Shown here one piece after another: positions 27,752-37,400 of a DNA stretch of 64,000 nucleotides. Origin of the DNA: a virus; the IMG/VR virus record IMGVR_UViG_3300037420_000928, positions 24,751 through 88,750 of that record; one strand, 5' to 3'. The notes under the pieces were generated by a model. The model saw nothing but the letters and a program-made list of their open reading frames with translations. It was not told the origin of the DNA and made no database searches. The stretch's first letter is position 1. Each line of letters begins with the position of its first letter. Both the position numbers and the translations under genes were made by a program.

Positions 27752-28437
27752 TGCGAACCATTCATCTCTATGGCCGTGCGGCCGAACTTTTCGGACCGGA
27801 GTTTACGCTAGATGTCCAAACTATACCGGAAGCGGTTCATGCTATTTGCAGCCAAATCCGTGGTTTCCGCCAATTTCTCGAAGCGCATGATTTCCACGTC
27901 ACTCGCGGAAAAACGTATGAGGACGGCAAGGAACTGGATGAAAAAACGGTCTACTTCCAGCTAAAGCATGACGTCCATATCATGCCGACGATCAGCCTGT
28001 CGGGCGGCAAGCTGAAGGGGATTGGCAAGATCATCGCTGGCGTGCTGCTGGCTGGCTTCGCTTTCTGGGCGGCCCCGGCGCTGCACATCGCCACGATCGC
28101 CGGGATGTCGGTCAACCAGATCGGCTTCATGGGTGTGGCCATGGCCCTCTCGGGGGTGTCAGCCCTGATGTCCCCTCAGGAGGACAGCAAGGAAAAGACG
28201 TCGAAGATTTTCAACGGCGTCCCGGAAATGGCGGAGCAGGGGCAGCCGGTTCCGCTGATCTACGGCAAGATCAGGGTTGACGATCCACCGGTCGTCTCCC
28301 TGGGGATCGAGACTGTCAACGTTGCGGAAGGCGGGGCAACCTTCTCCGACACCGACAACACGGACGGTGATGCCGTCGACAACCACAATACGGATAGCGT
28401 TGGCGATCCATATCCGACGTTCAACGAGCACAGTTAA
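27751..28437 (+). CDS. Tail assembly protein, lambda gpI-like
   Basis: MRTIHLYG..FG..., hydrophobic middle, QGQPVPLIYG. Confidence 0.85.
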   Translation: MRTIHLYGRAAELFGPEFTLDVQTIPEAVHAICSQIRGFRQFLEAHDFHVTRGKTYEDGKELDEKTVYFQLKHDVHIMPTISLSGGKLKGIGKIIAGVLLAGFAFWAAPALHIATIAGMSVNQIGFMGVAMALSGVSALMSPQEDSKEKTSKIFNGVPEMAEQGQPVPLIYGKIRVDDPPVVSLGIETVNVAEGGATFSDTDNTDGDAVDNHNTDSVGDPYPTFNEHS

Positions 28438-28457
28438 GGCAAGCAGAGGGGCAAGCC

Positions 28458-31400
28458 ATGGCACGTAGATTTGACGACGACCTGAACATGTCGGGCGGTA
28501 TGGGCAAAGGCCCGTCCGATGACGACAACACCCTGCGCTCGCAAGCCACGGCAAAGGTGCTCTATGTCCTCGGGGAAGGGGAAGTCGAGGGTATCGAGAA
28601 CGGCCTGAAGCAAATCCTGATGGATGACACCAGGGTGCAGGCGTCGGACGGCTCGTACAATATCGAGAACGTCAAAATCTATGAGCGCACTGGTACGTCC
28701 AACCAGAGCTACATCCATGCCTTCGACAAGGTGGAGACGCTGATCCCGGTCGGTGTAGGACCTATCGAGCATGCGGTGCCGGCTACCCAGGACCTCACGG
28801 ACGAAAGCTTCACATCGGCCCGAGTGACCGTGCAGTTCCCGTCGCTGTTCAACTCGACCGACGACGGCATGAAGAAGTTTTCCGTGCAATTCAAGATCGA
28901 GGTCAAGTATGCGGGGGGCTCGTGGACCAATCCATTCGTCTCCGATACCTCGGATGGCACGATCGAGGTCAACGGCAAGAACACCTCCCCCTATGAAGCG
29001 CAGTTCGAATTCAAGTTGCCCCGTGCCCCCTCTGGGAGCAGCAATCCCTGGAGCGTGCGGCTCACCCGCGTCTCGGAAGACACTTCAAGCGACAAGAAGC
29101 AGGACGACATCTATTTCGCCACGTTGGTCGGTATCATCGACCGCAAGCTGAATTACCCGGACACCGCGCTGCTGGGGCTGGAACTGCAAGCCCGTAACTT
29201 CGACGGCTCCATCCCCAGGCTGTCGGTGATCCTCAAGGGACGCAAGATCAGAATTCCGTCGAACTACAATCCGGTGACCCGCAATTACTCGGGCGTCTGG
29301 GACGGCACGTTCGTGCGGGCCTACACCAACAATCCGGCCTGGATTTACTACGACATCGCGGAGAACCGCCGCTTCGGCATGGGGTCCCTCATCGATCAGC
29401 ACATGATCGACAAATGGTCGCTGTACTCGATTGCCAAGGTCTGCGACGAAATGGTGCCCGACGGCTACGGCGGGACAGAGCCACGCTTCACCGTCAATGC
29501 CGTCATCACCGAAGCCAAGGAAGCCTACGACCTGATGCAACAAATTGCATCGGCTTTCCGGGGCATGTCCTACTGGTCTTCCGGCGCCCTGACGGCGACC
29601 CAAGACGTGCTGAGCGATCCGGTAGCGCTGCTCAATCGGTCCAACGTCATCAACGGCGAATTCGACTATAGCTCTTCATCCCTGAGTGCTCGCCACACCG
29701 TCGTCTATGTCAAGTACAAGGACGCGCTGGACGACTACAAGGATGCCATGGAGATTGTCACCGATCGCACCGGCCTCTTGCTCTATGGAGAGCGCGTCAA
29801 GGAAGTGACGGCATTCGGCTGCACGAGCCGTGGGGCGGCCCGCCGTCTTGGCCTGTGGATTTTGTACACCGAACTGCACGAGACCCAGACGGTCACCTTT
29901 AAGGCCGGTCTCGATCAGGCACACCGTCGGCCCGGCGAAATCATCTACATCATGGACAAGGAAGTGTCTGCCCTCGACTGGGGCGGCCGCGTCATGGCGG
30001 GGAGCACGACCAGCCGCATCTACCTTGACCGCAGCGTGCACATCTCTGCCGGTCCCACCTACACCATGAACGTCATCCTGCCCGATGGATCGGTTGCCTC
30101 CAAGACCGTTACCGACGGAGCCGGGGACTACACCGACCTGCATCTTGGTTCTGCTCTCGGCTCCGTGCCGATTGACGGAGCCTCCTGGATTTTGTCGTCC
30201 ACGGCGGTAGAGCCCAAGAAATGGCGTATCGTCTCCGTGCTGGAGACCGATCCCCACATCTACACGATCACGGCCCTGGAGGTCTATGAGCCCAAGTACA
30301 CCCTGATCGATGAGGAAGCGACGTTCACCGTCCCGAACTACCGGGCCGACACCAAGCCGGGAACGCCGACCAATCTGACGGCCGAGGAATATTACTACCA
30401 CAAGGACGGCGTGCCGAAGGCGGGTATTCTGTTCTCCTGGAGCCACCCGGCCGGTGAATTGACGCCGATGTATCGGGTTCGTATCGATGAGCCAGGGGAT
30501 GCTGGAGACGAGGCCAAGGACGAATGGATGACGCAGCGGGTCAGGGATTGCTCCTTCGATCTGAAGCGTGCCAGAGCGGGCGATTACAAGATCACCGTTC
30601 AGACCATGGGCTCCCGTCACCGCATCTCCGACAAGGCGACCCTGACCTTCACGGCCCAAGGGCGCAAGGGATTGCCGACCTTCACCGCCGACAATCTCGA
30701 AATCGTCGGGGAGACCGGCACCAACGTCTTCACCCAGAAGAACGTCACCATCAAGTGGGACCCGACGATTGACAAAGGCCCGGTGCATTCACTGAGCTAC
30801 AAGCAATCACGGATCAAGGTCTACGACAACACCAACACGTTGACCCCAGTCCTGCTGCGGACCCAGATCGTCAAGAAGGCGGAGCGCTTCAAGTACACGG
30901 CGGCCATGAACAAGGCCGACATGGCGGCTGCCGGTGGTTCCGGCAGGACCCGCTATCTCAAATTCGTTGTCGACATCGCGGACGAGTTCGACCGCTACGG
31001 GGCGACCTCCACGATCACGGCGACCAACAGCGCTCTCCCGGCACCGGTTGTCACGGCTGTGGGGGACATGCACACCATCTTCGTCAACTGGGACAACCTG
31101 GATGACAAGGACTATGTCGGCACCAACGTCTATATCGGAACCACCTCGGGCTTCACCCCCGGCCCCAGCAATCTGGCTTGGACAGGTCATCAATCCCAAG
31201 TGACGCTGAAGAAGCCGGCTGGAACCTATTATGTAAAGGTCGGCAACTTTGACAGCTTCTCGTCTGTACCGGATTTCTTCTCGACAGCGATTGCGGTCAC
31301 CGTCGGAGACATGGATGCAATCGACAGCACGGCGCCTGCGACCCCCACGGGTCTCACGGTTACGTCCGACACGATCGGTGCCGACGATGGCACCGTGTTC

Positions 31401-34400
31401 GGACGTCTGCTCGTCAACTGGACGGACAATACCGAAACCGACCTCGCCGGCTATGACGTGCAGGTCAAGGAAGGCGCTGGCAACTATTCTTCGGAATGGG
31501 TCACCAACAGCAAGTATGTGCTGCGGGTCACCCCCGGCCAGAGCTATACGGTCAAGGTCTGTGCTTTCGACCGGGCAGGGAACAAGTCTGCCTATGTGAC
31601 AGCATCAGCGCATACGGCGGCCAAGGATACTGTTGCCCCGGCCAACGTTGCCAACCTGACGGCGGTCAGCCAGTTCAAGAAGATCAAAATCAAGTACGAC
31701 CAGCCGACCGAGTTCGATTATGCTCACTCGGAAATCTGGCGGAACACGGTCAACAACTCCGGTACGGCCACCCGGATCGGGTTCAGCCGCAGCGACCACT
31801 ACATCGACAACGAAGCCTCGCTCGACCAGGATTATTACTACTGGGTCAAGCATGTCGATTTCACTGGGAACAAATCCAACTTCGGCACGGCAGCGGGGCC
31901 GGTGCAAGCTTCCCGCGTCCAAGATGCCGACACCGATCAGACGGCTCTCGCGGCACCCACGGGGCTCAGCCTCGGGCAGGACAACGTCGATGTTGACGAC
32001 GACGGCAAGGTGGATATCGCCCTGCTGGCAACCTGGACCGATCTCGGGCTGACCTGCAAGAGCTACGAAGCCGAACTGTCGATCTCCAGCACATCCGGGG
32101 GAACCTATACAGTCATCGACCACAAGAACGTGCGGACGGAAAAGGCGCGTTTCGAGGCCAAGTCCACCAAATGGTATAAGTTCCGGGTTCGTGGTTTCAA
32201 CGCTTTCGGAGCCCCGGGAACGTGGTCCGCGCTTTCCACGGCATTCCAGCCGGCCAAGAAGAGTGCCCTGCCGACAGACGCCACATGGCAGGCTTCCAAT
32301 GCGATTACGGCTCTACCGCTCGGGGTTCTCCTCCGGTGGGTGGGCATTTCCGACAAGGACTACAAGAAGACCCTGGTTTACCGCAATACGGTCAACGATA
32401 GCTCGACGGCTTCGGTGGTCGGGCATACCGACGGCAACCAGTATCGAGACGATGACGGCCTCGTTGCCGGCACCACCTATTATTACTGGCTGAAGCATGT
32501 CGACCGGACGGATAACGTCTCGTTCAACTTCTCGGCCGTCAAGTCCGTCACCTGGAGGTATGTGCAGGACGGTGATACCGATCAGACGGCTCTGAGTGCC
32601 ATTGGCACCGTCACCATCACGCAAGACAACATCGACGTGGATGGGGATGGCAAAGTCGACATTGGCGGTCTGGTCACCTGGACCGACCTCGGAGCTAGCT
32701 ATAAGCATTACGAAGTCGAACTGAGCCAGTCTGCGACCTCGGGCGGGGCCTACACCCTGATCGACAACAAAACCCTGAAGCAAACCACCGCTCGCTTCGG
32801 CATGAAGACGACCAAGTGGTATAAAGCGCGAGTGCGCGGGTTCAATGCCTTTGGCGCCCCCGGCACTTGGTCTGCCCTGTCAGCGGCCTTCAATCCTGCT
32901 GGCAAGACAGCCCTGCCGACGGTTCCCTCTGGGGTCACGCTGACGGCCAGGGCAAAGCACTTCCTGATCGAGTGGACCCAGCCCGTCGACGCCGATATTC
33001 GGCGGTACGAGCTTTACATCAACACGGCGAATAGCCAGACGGGCGGCACACTGGTCAAGGCTGGCAACGGCGACCATTTCCCCTATTCCAAAGACCTCGT
33101 TGTCGGTACTGCTTATTACGCCTTTATGCGGTCGATCGACACGACGGGTAATCCGTCTGCCTGGGTGGCGGCGTCCAATAACCCGCAGACATATCGTCAG
33201 GCGCAATCTGCCGACCTGGAAAATAATGCTGTAATCCCAAGCAAAGCCCTTTTAGGAGATACCGAAAACAAGGTTCGTGACAGTGACTGCGTCGATATTT
33301 CGCTTTGGTCTACACCATCGGGGGTGACGCTGTCGTCCAATGGCACATCCTTGGTGACTGAAAGCCGATACAAGATTGTCAGCACTCCACAGGTAGCCGC
33401 GATCGAGATCGACGGCGGCATTGATATCCAGGTCAAGGCCGGCAAGAAATACTACGTTGAGGCGCTGCTGTCGTCCTCCGATCTGGTTACCTCCATTACG
33501 GGTTACAGCCTCAGCATCAACTGGTATTCGATGAGCAATACCGGGGTGCCCACGCTATTGTCCAACAGTGTGGTGAATACTGGATCAGGGGTATCCACCA
33601 CACTGTCAGGGATAGTCACTGCCCCAACCAATGCCCGTCGCGCTCAGCTTGTTGCCAAAAAGACCAGCGCTGAAAATCTCGGATTGGGCCTTAGTGGTCC
33701 GATCTTCAAGAAAGCTATTGAAGACAACCTTACTGACCAAGCGGCTCTCGCCGCCCCAGGCACTGTTACGATTACCCAGGACAATGTTGATGTCGATGGT
33801 GACGGCAAGGTCGATATTGCCGGCCTCGTGTCATGGTCGGACGTCAGTGCTCTCTACAAGCAGTATGAGACAGAACTGTCTATTTCTTCCACGTCGGGGG
33901 GTACGTACACCGTCATCGACAACAAAAATTCGAAGCAGACGACTGCCCGCTTCGTGATGAAATCCACGAAATGGTACAAGGCCAGGGTCCGGGGCTTCAA
34001 TGCTTTTGGGGCTCCAGGTTCTTGGTCGGCTTTGTCTGCAGCCTTCCAGCCAGCGAAGAAGACGTCCTATACCGGGACCGCACCAGCCGGCCTGACCGCG
34101 TTGGCTAAACCAAAATGTGTTAAGCTCAAGTGGACGATGAATTCGGATGCTGATTACCGCGAGACCATCGTCCTCCGGGATGGCGTGGAAATCGACCGGG
34201 TTAGCGGGGCTGGGTACACCGATCAGACTGAATTGACGGTTGGGTCTACCTATTCCTACACGATCCAGCATGTTGATACCTGTGGCAATGTGAGCACGGC
34301 TTCGTCGGCTGCAACGGCAGTCTACCGTGGGGCACAGACAACTGATATCGGCCCCGACCAAGTGACGCCATCGCGCACAGCACCGCTCGACCGCTCCAAC

Positions 34401-37400
34401 ATGGTGCGCGGCGCCGACATGACCGAGTTGTCGCTCTACACCTCGACAGGCGGCACGCTGGCGACGGCGGCAAGCTCCAACGTCTCGGAGAGCACCAACG
34501 AACTCTCCGTTCCGGCCACGACCAGCGCCAGCACTATTTCGACCCTTGCCGACATCCCGGTAAAGGCCAACAAATGGTACTACGTCAACGGCCACGCCGG
34601 CACGACCAATGGCCAAAGCGCTGGCGTCTACCTGCAAGTGCTTTGGTTCTCAGATGCAGCAGGCACGGTCTTCATTACATCTGACACCCTGCCTGTCATT
34701 ACTGGAACGACGGTCACTGAATTCGAGAAGGTGCTCAAAGCTCCTGCCGGGGCTCGCCGCGCCATGCTTCGGGCTGGCAAACAGGCAAGTGGTACAGCGG
34801 CCGACTTGCTTTTCTATGGCCCGATCTTCCGCAAGGCCGCCAACACCGAAATGATCCCGGCCGGTGCCGTGCTTGACGCAAACACCGACCAGACGGCGCC
34901 CAACGCTCCAGGAACACCGGCGATCTCGGCTGTGACGGCTGACTTCGATGATGATGGTACGATAGAAGGCGGCCTTCACATCACCTTCACAGCGCCCGGC
35001 TCTGGCGTCAATGTAAAGCAGTATGAGGTGGAAATCTGGAGGGCGAATTCTGCCGGCACGGCGGGCTCCCTCACCGGCTACTCCTTCTGGAAGAAGATAC
35101 ACACTTATGGTCTGGCGGCAGATACGCAAGCCAATGCTCGCAAGTTCTACAAAGCTTGTGTCAGGGCAAAGAGTTTCAACGGCACAACTGGTGCAGACAG
35201 CGCTTTCACCTCGATCGGCATTCAACCCAGCACGTACACGACGGCCATTTCCACCCCAGCCGCTCCTACGGTAACGGCTAAGGTGGCTGGCAACGTCATC
35301 CGCTTCCCGAAGTGCACCGACAAGAACTACAAGGAGACCATCATCAACCGCACGGGCACGGGGGAAATCGCCCGGGTCACCGGCAATAGATATGTCGACC
35401 GTGACGACGCCTTGGTGCAGGGGACTGGTTATACCTATACCATTCAGCATGTTACCAACACGGACGTTGCCTCTTCCGCATCCCCGGCCTCAAGCTCGGT
35501 TGTCTACAAAAACGTGCAGACGGGGGACATAGAGGACGGTTCCGTTTCTGATGCCAAAGCGGATCAGACTGCCCCAGGCACGCCTTCGGCACCCAGCATC
35601 TCCACGATCACCGCTGATGTCGATGGCGATGGTACGGTTGATACCGGTCTGCGGGTGACGATGACCTTGCCTTCCGGCGTGCCGGTGAAGTTCTTCGAAA
35701 TCGAGTTGCAACGGTCTGCCACGCTCGGCGGAACCTATACAGCTTTTGGAGAGCGTAAACCTGTGCCGGCTGAAGCCAGCGGCAGCACAATCTTCGATTT
35801 CAAGGCAAACTCTGCCAAGTTCTACAAGGCACGTTACCGGGCCATTTCTTTCGCGGGTATCAAAGGCTCGTATTCGTCGTTGACGACCACTGGCGTGCAG
35901 CCGTTGCAATACCTCAGCAGCATCCCGACCCCGACGCTGACGGTCACACCTAAGCCGAAAGGAATGTTCCTGGAGTGGAGCAAGTGGCAGGACAACACCT
36001 ATCTCGAAAGCATCGTCTTCCGGGATGGCGTGGAACTCATGCGACTGAAAGGCAATTCCTACACTGACAACGACGAACTGAATTTCGGCCAGAGCTATTC
36101 GTACACCGTTCAGCACATGGACAGGCAAAACCGGGTCGGCACGGTATCGTCGGCTGCGGCTGCCACTTACCGGGGGCTGAAGTCCACGGATAGCAATACC
36201 AACGATCCTGCGGCCATGTGTGAGAATAACGATTTCTCCCTTGGTCCGAATATCGGCTGGAGCGGCCCAGGGGATATTGTCTCGGATGCTGTGAACGCCT
36301 TCCGTGGCACTTACGTCATGACAAAGGTTTATGCCGGTGTCACGATCAACTACACCAACCGCAACACGCTGCTGTTTCCGGTTCGCGCCGGGGAGCAGTA
36401 TTACATCGGTGGCATGCTGAAGACTGATGGCAGCTTCGCGGCGTCTACCGGCCTTGGCTATCGATTGTCCCTGTGTTCGGATGCGGCTGGCACCACGGAA
36501 ATCACTACCGTTCCGATCTATTTCCTGACCAGCCCGAACACGACATGGACTGAGTATGGCGGGGTGGTAACGATCCCGGCTACCTCCACTATTGCCTTCG
36601 CCCGCTTGGAGCCGACGGTCATCGGTATGACGGCTGGACAGGTATGGTGGTCTCACTGCTTCTGCCGACCGGAAGCTTCAAAGCTGGTCAAGGCAGGAGG
36701 CATCACCGATACAAAGACTGACCAGACAGCCCCAGGCGCCCCAGGCGTCCCGGTGCTGACAACGATCACAGCAGACCTGGATGGCGACGGCACCATTGAC
36801 ACTGGCCTGACAGCAACATGGACGGCGGCCACCTCTGGCAAGCACTACGAATTGGAAGTCTGGGAAGCTACTGCAGTCGGCACTTCCGGGTCCCTGACAG
36901 GCTATACATTGTGGAAGAAATTCCCGGTATTCGGCTTGACCACGAACTTCAAGGCCAAGGCCAATCGTTTCTATAAAGCCTGCGTGAGGACGAAGAGCTT
37001 CAACGGCACGACCGGTACGGACAGTGCATTTACCAGCGTTGGTGTGCAGCCGACCAGCTACTCCAACACCATGCCGACGGTGACTTGGCCTTCGACGGCG
37101 ATTTGGCTAAAGCCGAAGCATATCGCTTTGAAGTGGAACCAGATCGCCTCGACCTTCAAGCATGCCATCGAGATCGTCGTCTACCGTAACACCACCAATA
37201 ATTCTGCCACGGCGACGGAAATCGGTACGGCTCCGGCCAATGCTCAGCGTTACGTTGATAGCGACGGTGATCTTGTTGCCGGCACCACCTACTATTACTG
37301 GCTGAAAGTGAGAGATGCGGTGGGTAACGTCTCCGCTTCTTTCTCGGCCGTGCAGTCAATAACGTTTTATCTCATCGGCAGTGGCTCCCTGCGTGCCAAT